Source of the DNA: Clostridia bacterium
GTDB lineage: Bacteria; Bacillota; Clostridia; Christensenellales; CAG-138
Direction: 5' to 3'
Assembly: GCA_017541305.1 (NCBI GenBank)
Contig: JAFXZJ010000033.1
Span: 25,978 to 89,977 of the forward strand
Length of the DNA stretch: 64,000 nt
Of this stretch, positions 42,342-52,385 are shown in pieces; position 1 is the stretch's first letter; the number at the start of each line of letters is the position of its first letter. The position numbers were made by a program, and so were the translations under genes. The notes below the pieces were generated by a model. It was not told the DNA's origin, searched no databases, and saw only the letters and a list, made by a program, of their open reading frames with translations.

Positions 42342-45300
42342 TCAGAATGAAAAGCTTATCTGATCGGTATCGGGCAGCTCGTCGAAGCAGCCGAGAGCCG
42401 ACAGTTTTTCCATTATCGCGGTATTCGCTTTTGTGCGGATAGCGAAATCCTCCTTTGAAGAATACTCGCCGTCCTTCGCGCCGTTCTCGATCTGCACGGC
42501 AACGTTTTCGCCAAGGCCCGCAACGGATGTAAAAGGCGGTCTTATTTTGCCGTCCTCTATCACAAACGTTTTTGCCCTGGACTTGTAGATATCCACAGGC
42601 AGGAGTTCAAATCCGCGAAGATTCATTTCCGCTACGACTTCGAGTATGATTATCGCGTCCTTCTCCTTCTGATCCGGTTTATCCTTGGACTTGAGCAGCT
42701 TCAGATTGGCCATTACCGCATCAAGGCCTCCGTAGCAAAGCTGAATATCGAACGTGTCCGCTCTGACGGTGAAATAGACCGAATAGAATTCGAGAGGATA
42801 ATGCACCTTGTAGTATGCCACGCGAAAGCTCATCATGACGTAAGCCGCCGCGTGTGCCCGCGGGAACATGTATTTTATCTTTTTACAGCTGTCGATGAAC
42901 CATTCCGGCACGTTTATCTTTCGCATGGCCTCCTCCATCTCTTCCTTGAGGCCCCTGCCTTTACGAACCGACTCCATCGTTTTGAACGAAAGGGACGGAT
43001 CGCCGCCGACCGATATCAGGTAGTTCATGATATCGTCGCGGGTGCAGATCACTTCCATGAGGGTAGCCACGCCTTTTTCAACAAGCACCTGCGCGTTATT
43101 GTTCCACACGTCGGTGCCGTGCGAAAGGCCGGAGATCCTTACAAGCTCCTCCATCGTGGTCGGACGCGTCTCAACAAGCATGCCGCGAACGAACTGAGTG
43201 CCGAATTCGGGGATCGCAAGCGAGCCCACGTCGCATCCCAGCGGCTCAAGGCTGACCTTAAGCGCTCTATCCGTCGAATAGATCGACATTGTTTCGGGAT
43301 CGTCCAGCGGTATCGAGCGCGGATCGAGGCCCGTTATATCGTGCAGCATACGCAGCACTGTGGGATCGTCGTGTCCGAGTATGTCGAGCTTGACCAGCTT
43401 GTCATCCAGTGCGTGGAAATCGAAGTGGGTAGTCACGGAGCCTGCGTCGTTCTTATCCGCGGGATGCTGTACGGGGCAGAAATCGAATATCTCATAATCC
43501 TCGGGAACTATGACGATACCGCCGGGATGCTGGCCGGAAGTCTTTTTAACGCCCAAACAGCCCTGTACAAGCCGGTTTATCTCCGCTTCGGACTTGTTGA
43601 GTCCCAGATCCTCGCAGTAGTGCTTGACGTATCCGTAAACCGTTTTATCCTGCACGCCCGATATTGTGCCCGCTCGGAATGCGTGACCCTTGCCGAACAT
43701 CTCCTCCGTGAAATGATGGGCAACAGGCTGATAATCGCCCGAGAAGTTCAGGTCGATATCGGGCGTCTTGTCGCCCTTGAAGCCCAGGAAGACCTCGAAC
43801 GGGATATCGTATCCCTCCTTCCTGAGCCTGGCTCCGCATACGGGACATTCCTTGTCGGGCAGGTCGATGCCGCAGCGGGAATGAGAATCGAGCACGAACT
43901 CGGAATATTTGCAGTTGGGGCAAAGGTAATGCGGCGGAAGCGCGTTGACCTCGGTAATGCCAAGCATCGTCGCGACGAAAGACGAGCCGACGGAACCTCG
44001 CGAGCCAACCAGATAACCGTCCGAAAGCGATTTCGAAACGAGCTTCTGAGCGACCATATAGAGCGATGAATAGCCGTTGCCGACTATGGATTTGAGCTCC
44101 TTATCAAGCCTCGCCTGCACTATTTCGGGCAGAGGATCGCCATAGCGCCTGTGCGCCTCGGTCATGGTCATATCCTGCAGTATCTCCTTGGCATTGGGAA
44201 GCTCGGGAGAATAGGTGAATTTTTCATCGAGGAAGGGATGCAGCTGTTCGCCGCAGCGGTCGGCGATGATATTGGGGTTGGTTATCACTATCTCTCGCGC
44301 TCTCTCTTCGCCGAGATATGAGAACTCCTCAAGCATTTCATCCGTAGTGCGGAAGAACAGCGGCGTCATACGAGTGGCGTCCTTAAAGCCCTGTGAATGG
44401 AGCAGTATCGAACGGAATATCGCGTCGTCGGGATCGAGGAAATGCACGTCGCAGGTGGCGACGGTCAGCTTTCCGAGCTCGTCTCCTATTTCGACCACGC
44501 GCCTGTTGTATCCGCGAAGATCTTCGATAGTCCAGTTATGCTCCTCGGATTCGGTCATGAACATATTGTTGTCCATCGGCTGTATCTCAAGGTAATCATA
44601 CCACGAGGCGATGCGCTTCTGCTCATCCTCGGGCTTGCCGCGGCTGATCGATCTGTACAGCTCGCCCGCTTCGCAGGCCGAGCCCAAAAGTATTCCGCTG
44701 CGGAGCATGTTGAGCAGGCTCCTGGGTATGCAGGGACGCTTGTGAAAATACTGGAGATGCGAATACGATACAAGCTTGTAAAGGTTCTTCAGGCCGGGAA
44801 GCGAGGCGGCCAAAAGAATTATATGGTAGCGCTGGAGCTTTTTGAAATCCGGCGAATAACGGTTCCAGTATGATACGATCTCGTCGCCTCTTTCCTTAAG
44901 CTCCGCATGCGTATTCATAAAGAAATCCTTTATGAAACGGGCGTTTTCCACGGCGGGACGAACGGGCGCCGATTCGTATCTGCCGCTTATGGGACAGCAG
45001 CCGCTCTCCATGCTGTAATCCTTTATATCAAGATGCGCGTTCAGATCGAGCTTGTTTATATCGATGTATTCTTTGGGGAAGCTTTCCTCGTTGTCAAGCG
45101 CCGAGGCAAGCGCGTTCATCACGTTCTCATTGAATGCCGCGAAAACCGATCCCTCGGCAAACCTCATCAGCGATTTAACGGCTTCGTTCAGATCGGGGGC
45201 GTCCTCGCGCTCCGCTTCGTCAATGCCGCAATCCTCACGGGCCCATGCGGGAAGATTCGCCCCGGAATTCACGAGGGTGTAAAAACTGCCGACGGTATTT

Positions 45301-46613
45301 CCCGAAAAGTCGAATCTCTCGGCCGCGATATCAAAGACCGACGCGCCGGCGGGTGAATATGAAGCGGTTATCGCGAGCGCGGTATAATCGCTTTCATCCG
45401 GCTTATGGTCGGTCGAATCGTTTATAAGGTATCCCTCGCAGCCGAATATGACCTTGATATTGTTCTTTTTGGCGGCTCGCATGGCTTCGGGCAGGGAATG
45501 CACCACGCCGTGATCGGTTATGGCTATCGCCCTGTGCCCCCAACGCGCGGCAGTGGCTATGACCTCGTCCACCTTAGTGAGCGCGTCCATGGTCGATGAC
45601 TGCGTATGCAGATGAAGCTCAACTCTTTTTTCGCCTTCGGGCGCTGAATCCATTCGCTTTTCGCACTTGCGCCTTACTATATCGTTCGCAAGGAACACGT
45701 AGTCCCTTGAATAGGTATCGTATTCGTAATTTCCGCGAACAAGCACAAGATCGCCCGCTTTTATCACGTCGTTGAGCTTTTCCACCACCTCATCGGCTTT
45801 TTCGGCCTTGGGGAAGAGCTTGACCGTGAGCGAATTGGTCTTGTCAGAGAATATGAACTTGATAATGGTGCGCAGCTTGTTCCTTGTCTCCGTGACCTCC
45901 ATTGAAAGTATCGAGCCAAGCGCGCAAGCGTTCCCGGTCTCCTCGCCAAAGGAGCTCATGGGAGTTATCTCGGCCCTTGAGATATCCTTGCCATAGACGA
46001 TATCCGCATTGTCGGAAACGGTCTTAGCGGGCTTTGACTTGACGTGCGCTTCCGGCCTGGGTTCCGTGCGGCGAGTAAAGCCGAGCCTTGAAGAATATCC
46101 CGACATATCGACGGGCTTGAATTCCTTCAGACAGTCGTCTTCGACTACCCTTACCGCAAAATTCCACCCCCAAAGCTTTGCGGCCTCGGCGCGGAAGGAG
46201 TTTACAAGCTCCTTTGTCAGCGCGTGCTTGACTATCGGCATAGCTTTGATGGTAAACTCCATGCCCCCTTCCTCGTTCACATAGAGGCGTATGACCGAAT
46301 TTGCAAGGACGGGATAGATCTCGGGATCTAGCTGGCCCCAGCTCTTGATCACGAACGAGCATACCTCGTCGGGGAAGGACGAAAGCTCCGCGAGCGCGTC
46401 CCCGAAATCGAATTCGAAATCCACCCTTTCGGTATCCAGCTTATGACAAATAAGCCGCTTTACGGAATCTATCTCATAGGGAAGCAGCATTTCATCAACG
46501 TGTATGGCAACGTTAAACACGCCCGTCGCTTTTGAAACGGACGCGTTTTTTATTGAGAACGCCGCTCTTTTGAACAGCTCCTCGCCAAGAGCCAGTTGTT
46601 CCTTGCCGCTCAT
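42342..46613 (-). CDS. polC: DNA polymerase III alpha subunit, PolC type
   Basis: 1423 aa. PHP motif ELHLHTQSS, zinc finger CPNCKYSEF...CPVCG, conserved polymerase core. See the findings for the atypical exonuclease insert. Confidence 0.97.
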   Translation of the reverse strand: MSGKEQLALGEELFKRAAFSIKNASVSKATGVFNVAIHVDEMLLPYEIDSVKRLICHKLDTERVDFEFDFGDALAELSSFPDEVCSFVIKSWGQLDPEIYPVLANSVIRLYVNEEGGMEFTIKAMPIVKHALTKELVNSFRAEAAKLWGWNFAVRVVEDDCLKEFKPVDMSGYSSRLGFTRRTEPRPEAHVKSKPAKTVSDNADIVYGKDISRAEITPMSSFGEETGNACALGSILSMEVTETRNKLRTIIKFIFSDKTNSLTVKLFPKAEKADEVVEKLNDVIKAGDLVLVRGNYEYDTYSRDYVFLANDIVRRKCEKRMDSAPEGEKRVELHLHTQSSTMDALTKVDEVIATAARWGHRAIAITDHGVVHSLPEAMRAAKKNNIKVIFGCEGYLINDSTDHKPDESDYTALAITASYSPAGASVFDIAAERFDFSGNTVGSFYTLVNSGANLPAWAREDCGIDEAEREDAPDLNEAVKSLMRFAEGSVFAAFNENVMNALASALDNEESFPKEYIDINKLDLNAHLDIKDYSMESGCCPISGRYESAPVRPAVENARFIKDFFMNTHAELKERGDEIVSYWNRYSPDFKKLQRYHIILLAASLPGLKNLYKLVSYSHLQYFHKRPCIPRSLLNMLRSGILLGSACEAGELYRSISRGKPEDEQKRIASWYDYLEIQPMDNNMFMTESEEHNWTIEDLRGYNRRVVEIGDELGKLTVATCDVHFLDPDDAIFRSILLHSQGFKDATRMTPLFFRTTDEMLEEFSYLGEERAREIVITNPNIIADRCGEQLHPFLDEKFTYSPELPNAKEILQDMTMTEAHRRYGDPLPEIVQARLDKELKSIVGNGYSSLYMVAQKLVSKSLSDGYLVGSRGSVGSSFVATMLGITEVNALPPHYLCPNCKYSEFVLDSHSRCGIDLPDKECPVCGARLRKEGYDIPFEVFLGFKGDKTPDIDLNFSGDYQPVAHHFTEEMFGKGHAFRAGTISGVQDKTVYGYVKHYCEDLGLNKSEAEINRLVQGCLGVKKTSGQHPGGIVIVPEDYEIFDFCPVQHPADKNDAGSVTTHFDFHALDDKLVKLDILGHDDPTVLRMLHDITGLDPRSIPLDDPETMSIYSTDRALKVSLEPLGCDVGSLAIPEFGTQFVRGMLVETRPTTMEELVRISGLSHGTDVWNNNAQVLVEKGVATLMEVICTRDDIMNYLISVGGDPSLSFKTMESVRKGRGLKEEMEEAMRKINVPEWFIDSCKKIKYMFPRAHAAAYVMMSFRVAYYKVHYPLEFYSVYFTVRADTFDIQLCYGGLDAVMANLKLLKSKDKPDQKEKDAIIILEVVAEMNLRGFELLPVDIYKSRAKTFVIEDGKIRPPFTSVAGLGENVAVQIENGAKDGEYSSKEDFAIRTKANTAIMEKLSALGCFDELPDTDQISFSF

Positions 46614-47653
46614 TCGAGCTCCTTCCTGATATCCGCGATAAATCGGTCTATAACGCCGGGAAGCTTGTCCGAATACAGAAGCTCGCCCTTTTTGAATACT
46701 ACGGCGTTGATGCTGCCGAAGGCTATGCCGATATCGGCCTCCCTTGCCTCGCCGGGGCCGTTGACCGCACAGCCCATAACCGCGACCTTCAATGGCTTGT
46801 TCGCATTGGGCAGGGACGCTTCCACCTTTTCCACTATCGATTTAAGATCCACCCTCGTTCTGCCGCAGGTGGGACAGCTGACTATCTCGACTCCCTCACT
46901 CCTTGCGCCCGCCGCCGAAAGGATCCGCTTTGCGGCATAAACCTCCTGCACGGGATCGCCCGTCATGGAAACCCTTACGGTATCTCCTATGCCGTCCACG
47001 AGCAGCGAGCCGATTCCAATTGCCGATTTTACGAGCGCGGCTTCGCCCATGCCCGCCTCGGTAACGCCAAGAAGCAAAGGATAAGGCGACCTTTCGCGCG
47101 CCGTTCTGTATGCCTCGACGGTCTTTTTTACAGTGGAGGCCTTGAGCGAAAGCACTATATCGTAAAATCCGCAGCGCTCAAGTATAGCCGCGTGAGAAAG
47201 CGCGCTTTCAACCATTCCTTCCGCCGTAACGCCGTACTTTGCCAGAATGTCCTTTTCAAGCGAACCGCCGTTTACGCCTATCCTTATGGGTATCCCCCTG
47301 TCCTTGGCGCAGGCGACGAGCTCGCGCACCTTAGCTTCGGAGCCTATATTTCCGGGATTGATCCTGACCTTGTCGACGCCGTTTTCAATTGCGGCTATCG
47401 CAAGCCTGTGATCGAAATGGATATCGGCAACGAGCGGGATATGCGTAAGCGCCTTGATACGCGGTATTGCCGCGGCGCAGTCCTCGTCATAGACCGAAAA
47501 GCGCACTATCTCACACCCCGCCTCCTCAAGGCGGAGTATCTGTGCGGCTGTGGCCTCGGCGTCCCTCGTGTCCGTATTGGTCATGGACTGAATGGTGACG
47601 GGATGACCGCCGCCGATATAGATATCGCGTATTTTTATGGCTTTTGATCTCAT
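46610..47653 (-). CDS. ispG: 4-hydroxy-3-methylbut-2-en-1-yl diphosphate synthase
   Basis: Fe-S ligand motifs SCPTCGR and GCAVNGPGE. Stop overlaps the polC start (ATGA). Confidence 0.93.
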   Translation of the reverse strand: MRSKAIKIRDIYIGGGHPVTIQSMTNTDTRDAEATAAQILRLEEAGCEIVRFSVYDEDCAAAIPRIKALTHIPLVADIHFDHRLAIAAIENGVDKVRINPGNIGSEAKVRELVACAKDRGIPIRIGVNGGSLEKDILAKYGVTAEGMVESALSHAAILERCGFYDIVLSLKASTVKKTVEAYRTARERSPYPLLLGVTEAGMGEAALVKSAIGIGSLLVDGIGDTVRVSMTGDPVQEVYAAKRILSAAGARSEGVEIVSCPTCGRTRVDLKSIVEKVEASLPNANKPLKVAVMGCAVNGPGEAREADIGIAFGSINAVVFKKGELLYSDKLPGVIDRFIADIRKELE

Positions 47654-47663
47654 ATCACACCTG

Positions 47664-48776
47664 TCAGAAATTGAATACTCCGTCGATCAGGCCCCTTATA
47701 TCGCCTATGGTCGCATAGATCATCAGCGCGATCAAAAGGCCGAAGCCTATAACGCTTAAAGCGTTCTGAATCTTCCTCGGGACCGGCTTGCGGAAAATCA
47801 GCTCTATAAAATCAAAGAGAAGATGACCGCCGTCCAGCGGGAGCAAAGGAAGCAGATTCATTATGCCAAGGCTCATAGATACGATTATCATTACGAGCAG
47901 AATGTATCTGAAGCCGCGCGAAGCCATGCTCATCGTGATCGCCACTGTGCCCACTATGCCCGTAACGTCGCCCTGATTGAAGCCGTTGCGGATGCCGTTA
48001 ATAAGGGCTTCGAACGTTGCTTTGACTATATACACAAGGAATTCGCCCGCCTGACCGAAGGCCTCGAAAAAGCCTACGGGTGCGTCGACTTGACGCAGGC
48101 CCATGGTGATGCCCAGCACGTTCTTTTGCTTTGCTTCGTTATAGATATTCGAAACGAAAAGCTCCTTGAGCTCGCCTTCGCGAAGCACCGTTATGCTTAC
48201 ACCGTCGGCGGATGCGTCGTCGATAGCCTTGGAGATTATCTCGGTCTTCTCATCGAAGGTGTGGGGAACGTCGGATACGTCGTGCCCGTCGACCGATACG
48301 ATAACGTCATAGAGCTCCATGCCGCAGTCCTGTGCACGGCTCTCTTCGGCGAAACCGTTTATGACCACGCCGTAATCGCCGTTGTCATAGGTGACGATCT
48401 TCTGATCGCCGAAGCACACAAGCATCACGACGGCAAGCACGTAAGCCAGTACGAAGTTCATGAACGGACCGGCAAAAACGACTATCAGCCTTTTCCACGG
48501 CTTTTGTGAATTGAAGGGTATCGCATCCTCTCCGCCGGGGAGCTCCTTCGGATCGTCATCCTCGCCGTAAAAGCGGCACGCGCCGCCAAGCGGTATGGCG
48601 CGCAGAGCATAATTTATACCCTTTTTCTTGAACTGGAAAAGCGCAGGGCCGAAGCCGAGTGAAAAATCGAGTATCCTGAACCCAAGCAGCCTGCCGGCAG
48701 TGTAATGCCCAAGCTCATGTACGAATATCATGATCGCAAGCACCAGCAGCGCGATCAGAAAATATAGAACTTCCAT
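47664..48776 (-). CDS. rseP: RIP metalloprotease RseP/RasP (M50 site-2 protease)
   Basis: HELGHY zinc motif, central PDZ-like region, NLLPLLPLDGGH motif. Confidence 0.9.
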   Translation of the reverse strand: MEVLYFLIALLVLAIMIFVHELGHYTAGRLLGFRILDFSLGFGPALFQFKKKGINYALRAIPLGGACRFYGEDDDPKELPGGEDAIPFNSQKPWKRLIVVFAGPFMNFVLAYVLAVVMLVCFGDQKIVTYDNGDYGVVINGFAEESRAQDCGMELYDVIVSVDGHDVSDVPHTFDEKTEIISKAIDDASADGVSITVLREGELKELFVSNIYNEAKQKNVLGITMGLRQVDAPVGFFEAFGQAGEFLVYIVKATFEALINGIRNGFNQGDVTGIVGTVAITMSMASRGFRYILLVMIIVSMSLGIMNLLPLLPLDGGHLLFDFIELIFRKPVPRKIQNALSVIGFGLLIALMIYATIGDIRGLIDGVFNF

Positions 48777-49925
48777 TTATAACCTCTTGGATCTGTATTC
48801 GCGGGCAAGCCTTCGGGCCTGCGCGTCACAGTAAAGCAGCTCATCCATGCTGCCGATATTCATTTTATCGATATTTGTCAATGCGTATTCAACGCAGTCG
48901 GCGATCTCGGTGAATTTAAGCTCGCCGCTGATAAAGCGTTCGACCGCCGCCTCGTTGCCTGAATTATATGCGACCGGCTTAGATCCCCCGCAGGACAGTG
49001 CATAGTAAGCCATGGGCAGCGCGCGGAATCTTGCGGTATCGGGTTCATAGAACGTAAGCCCCGAAAGCGAAGCAAGATCCAACGGTTTTACAGGACATTC
49101 GATCCTGTCGGGATAGGTAAGCGCATATTGTATCGCAAGCCGCATATCGGGCACGGAAAGCTGTGCGATAACGGAATTATCAGTGAATTCCACCATCGAA
49201 TGCACTATCGACTGCGGATGTATCAGAACGGATATGTCGGAAGGCCCGGCGTCGAAAAGGAACGCCGCCTCCATCACCTCAAGTCCCTTATTGAAAAGTG
49301 TAGCGGAATCGATGGTTATTTTTCGTCCCATGCTCCAATTTGGATGCTTCATTGCCATTTCGGGCGTAACGGACCCAAGCTCGCTCTCGGGCAGATCGCG
49401 GAACGCGCCTCCCGAAGCGGTGAGTATGAGCCTTTTAACGTCGCGTCTTTTGCCGGATGCGAGCGACTGAAATATCGCGCTCTGCTCGCTGTCAACGGGC
49501 AGTATGCGTCCGCCGCCGGATCTCATGGCCTTCCTGACGAGCTCTCCCGCACAGACTACGCTCTCCTTGTTGGCGAGCGCAACTGTCTTTCCGGCCTGCA
49601 GAGCGCTTATCAGCGGGAAAACTCCGTTGAAGCCCGATACGCCGTTGACGACGGCGTCTATTTCATCCCGGGCGGCAATATCCCAAACGGCTTTGCCGGA
49701 TATGACTTCGGCGCCGGGAAATGCCTCCCTTACGATCTCGTAAGCCCGCTGATCGAATACGCCCACGATACGGGGCGCGAACTGCTTTATCTGCGATATG
49801 CCCAGCTCATAGTTTGCACTGAATACCAGCGCGTAAACCGAAAACTCATCGGTATGCGCAGAGCATACCGAGAGCGTCTGTCTTCCTATTGAACCTGTCG
49901 AGCCGAAAACGGCCAGTCTTTTCAT
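48777..49925 (-). CDS. dxr: 1-deoxy-D-xylulose 5-phosphate reductoisomerase
   Basis: GSTGSIG NADPH motif, LANKES, NWSMG. Confidence 0.93.
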   Translation of the reverse strand: MKRLAVFGSTGSIGRQTLSVCSAHTDEFSVYALVFSANYELGISQIKQFAPRIVGVFDQRAYEIVREAFPGAEVISGKAVWDIAARDEIDAVVNGVSGFNGVFPLISALQAGKTVALANKESVVCAGELVRKAMRSGGGRILPVDSEQSAIFQSLASGKRRDVKRLILTASGGAFRDLPESELGSVTPEMAMKHPNWSMGRKITIDSATLFNKGLEVMEAAFLFDAGPSDISVLIHPQSIVHSMVEFTDNSVIAQLSVPDMRLAIQYALTYPDRIECPVKPLDLASLSGLTFYEPDTARFRALPMAYYALSCGGSKPVAYNSGNEAAVERFISGELKFTEIADCVEYALTNIDKMNIGSMDELLYCDAQARRLAREYRSKRL

Positions 49926-49933
49926 ATGAAAAC

Positions 49934-50755
49934 CTATTTAATGAAGTAATGGAACGCAGCGGCGACTATAGGCGCAAACATCATCGCGCTGTCGAGTCTG
50001 TCGACCACGCCGCCGTGCTTGGGAAGCAGAGTGCCGAAATCCTTGATACCCGACCAACGCTTGAAGGTCGAAGCAAAAAGGTCGCCGAACTGACCTATGA
50101 ATCCGCCGATCAGGCCCAGGCCGACAAGCCAAGCCCAGTGCACGTCAAGCCCCCAGAGCTTCTGAAGGAACCAGACGAGCAGGCCGCCTATGGGGCCTCC
50201 GACAAGACCGGCAATATAGCCTTCTACCGTCTTGTTGGGGCTTATAGTCGGACACAGCTTATGCCTGCCGAACTTCCTTCCGAAGAGATAGGCGTTGTTA
50301 TCGGCAAGGCAGGGCGCGGCGAATACGAGCAGCAGCGCAGTCCTCGAAACGTCGGCACGACCGAATCCGAAAAAGCCGAAGCAAAGCAGCAGCGCGAGCG
50401 GATAGATCATAACGAACAGACTTGCCACGGCGTCCTCGCTCGTGCGTTTTCCGTTCAGGATCCTCTCTATTGCGATATAGAGGAAGCATAGGGCATAAAG
50501 CGCGGGAAGCAGCTGAACGAAGCCGTAAGCCTCGTTAAGATACAGCATCACGTACTGCAGCCCTGCCATGGCAAACAGAGGCGGAAGACAAATCTTGATC
50601 CCCTTATGACGGAACATGCGGCTCATTTCGATTACCGCAAGCACCGATATGAGCGTCAGCGCTCCTACCTGGAACCAGCCGCCAAGCCATACTATCAGTA
50701 CGAGCAGGGCTATAAGGCCTATCGCAACGAGCGTTCTTACCGCAAGCTCGCTCAT
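49934..50755 (-). CDS. cdsA: phosphatidate cytidylyltransferase
   Basis: Polytopic membrane protein with C-terminal signature SxFKRxxGxKDxGxxxPGHGGxxDRxD (STFKRWSGIKDFGTLLPKHGGVVDRLD). Confidence 0.88.
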   Translation of the reverse strand: MSELAVRTLVAIGLIALLVLIVWLGGWFQVGALTLISVLAVIEMSRMFRHKGIKICLPPLFAMAGLQYVMLYLNEAYGFVQLLPALYALCFLYIAIERILNGKRTSEDAVASLFVMIYPLALLLCFGFFGFGRADVSRTALLLVFAAPCLADNNAYLFGRKFGRHKLCPTISPNKTVEGYIAGLVGGPIGGLLVWFLQKLWGLDVHWAWLVGLGLIGGFIGQFGDLFASTFKRWSGIKDFGTLLPKHGGVVDRLDSAMMFAPIVAAAFHYFIK

Positions 50756-50756
50756 A

Positions 50757-51503
50757 TCATTCGACCACCTTTCCGAAACGCCTGGTGCGCTTCATGAATT
50801 CGATCAGGCATCTTCTGTATTCTTCGGGATCGAAATCCGGCCATAGAACGTTTGTGAAAACAAATTCGGCATATGCCGCCTGCCAGAGCATGAAGTTTGA
50901 CAGTCTCTGCTCCCCTGCCGTCCTTATCACAAGATCCAGCTCGGGCAGCCCGGCAGTATAGAGATTATCCGAAATGAGCTTCTCGTCTATCTTTTCGGGA
51001 TCGACGCCGGAGGCGGAAACGTTTTTCACCGCCCTTAAGATCTCGCTCCTGCCGCCGTAATTCAGCGCGATGCAGAAGCGAAGGCCGTCATTGTCCTTGG
51101 TCCTCTCCATGGCTTTGTTCATGGCGTTTTTGACTTTTTCGGGCATGGGAGAAAGATCGCCGAGCACTATTATCTTCACCTTGTTTGCGTTAAGCTCGTC
51201 GATCTCCTTCTCGAAATATTCCGTGAGCAGTGAGAAAAGCGCATTGATCTCCTGCATCGGCCTCTTCCAGTTTTCGGTTGAGAACGCGTAAACGGAAAGC
51301 GCTTTTATGCCAAGTCTGTGTGATTCGCGCACGATCACGTGCAGCGCCTCCATTCCCGCCCTGTGGCCAACGGGGCGCGGCATAAGACGCTTTGTCGCCC
51401 ATCTGCCGTTGCCGTCCATAATAATGCCGACGTGCTGCGGGAGCGTGCCCTTCAGGCCGAAATCGGCCATTTCCTTATCGGAATAGCGATCATAGATCTT
51501 CAT
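50757..51503 (-). CDS. uppS: isoprenyl transferase (undecaprenyl diphosphate synthase)
   Basis: HVGIIMDGNGRWA and RTAGEQRLSNFMLWQ motifs. ATG at 51503; the listed upstream start is a TTG extension. Confidence 0.9.
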   Translation of the reverse strand: MKIYDRYSDKEMADFGLKGTLPQHVGIIMDGNGRWATKRLMPRPVGHRAGMEALHVIVRESHRLGIKALSVYAFSTENWKRPMQEINALFSLLTEYFEKEIDELNANKVKIIVLGDLSPMPEKVKNAMNKAMERTKDNDGLRFCIALNYGGRSEILRAVKNVSASGVDPEKIDEKLISDNLYTAGLPELDLVIRTAGEQRLSNFMLWQAAYAEFVFTNVLWPDFDPEEYRRCLIEFMKRTRRFGKVVE

Positions 51504-51729
51504 AAGCAAAAGCTTCTCCTGAACCTTGAGTGGAAACCGTCGTTTTAAAAACCGAGTACGCAAGGTAAACGGTATTTTCCGATTCGACCAAGCGTACCCG
51601 TATTACTCGTTTGTCGTCCCCGTCGGGCACGCCCTTTTTTGAGCGCACCTCACAGGAAACGGTCTTGTAGCCCTCGGCGCGGAGGATATCCTCGGCAGCC
51701 GAGAGCGCAAATCCGCGGACGTCCGTCAA
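51490..51729 (-). CDS. possible small protein (79 aa) between frr and uppS
   Basis: Open frame with high GC3 in its first ~45 codons. TTG start overlaps the frr stop (TTGA) and its stop overlaps the uppS start. No ATG and a weak SD. Alternating pattern vaguely PASTA-like. Low confidence. Confidence 0.3.
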   Translation of the reverse strand: MTDVRGFALSAAEDILRAEGYKTVSCEVRSKKGVPDGDDKRVIRVRLVESENTVYLAYSVFKTTVSTQGSGEAFAYEDL

Positions 51730-52280
51730 AACTCCATGATCTCCTTTTCTTTCTCGGAAGCGATACGGTCGATCTCCTTGATGGAGGAATCGGTTATGTC
51801 CTGAGCCTCTTCCTCATAGAGCTTCTGATCGTCCTCGGTGATCTCGCCGTCCTTCTTCTGCTTTTTAAGCGTCTCATTCGCGTCGCGGCGGATGGAACGT
51901 ACGGCAACCTTGGATTCCTCGGCCTTCTTTTTGATGGTCTTTACCAGATCGCGGCGGCGCTCCTCGGTCAGCTCGGGGAATACGAGCCTTATGAGCTTGC
52001 CGTCATTGGTGGGGTTGATACCCAGATCGGACTTCTGGATCGCCTTTTCAACGTTGGGTATCATCTTGGGATCCCAAAGGTTGATGACGAGAAGCCTGGG
52101 CTCCGGAGAGGAGATATTACCCATCTGGTTGATGGGAGTCGGGCTGCCGTAATAATCGACAAGGATCCTCTCAAGAAGCTGGGGGTTTGCACGACCGGCC
52201 CTGAGGCCGCCCAGATCGCGCTTCAAAACGGCGATGGTTTTATTCATTTTATCCTGTGCAGTTTCAATAACGTCACTCAT
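51726..52280 (-). CDS. frr: ribosome recycling factor
   Basis: 184 aa. Full-length resemblance to Frr ([15 protein letters not shown]). Confidence 0.95.
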   Translation of the reverse strand: MSDVIETAQDKMNKTIAVLKRDLGGLRAGRANPQLLERILVDYYGSPTPINQMGNISSPEPRLLVINLWDPKMIPNVEKAIQKSDLGINPTNDGKLIRLVFPELTEERRRDLVKTIKKKAEESKVAVRSIRRDANETLKKQKKDGEITEDDQKLYEEEAQDITDSSIKEIDRIASEKEKEIMEF

Positions 52281-52313
52281 ACAAATACCTCCTTCAGTTT
52301 TGTTTACCGATTT

Positions 52314-52342
52314 ATTTTATTAGATAGAAGTCCTCTTGTCAA
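52314..52342 (-). promoter_or_regulatory. sigma-70-like promoter upstream of frr
   Basis: Minus strand: TTGACA, 17-nt spacer, TAAAAT. Confidence 0.5.
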
Positions 52343-52385
52343 CAAAATATTTGCACTGCGAGAACAAATTTACATATTCTTTACA

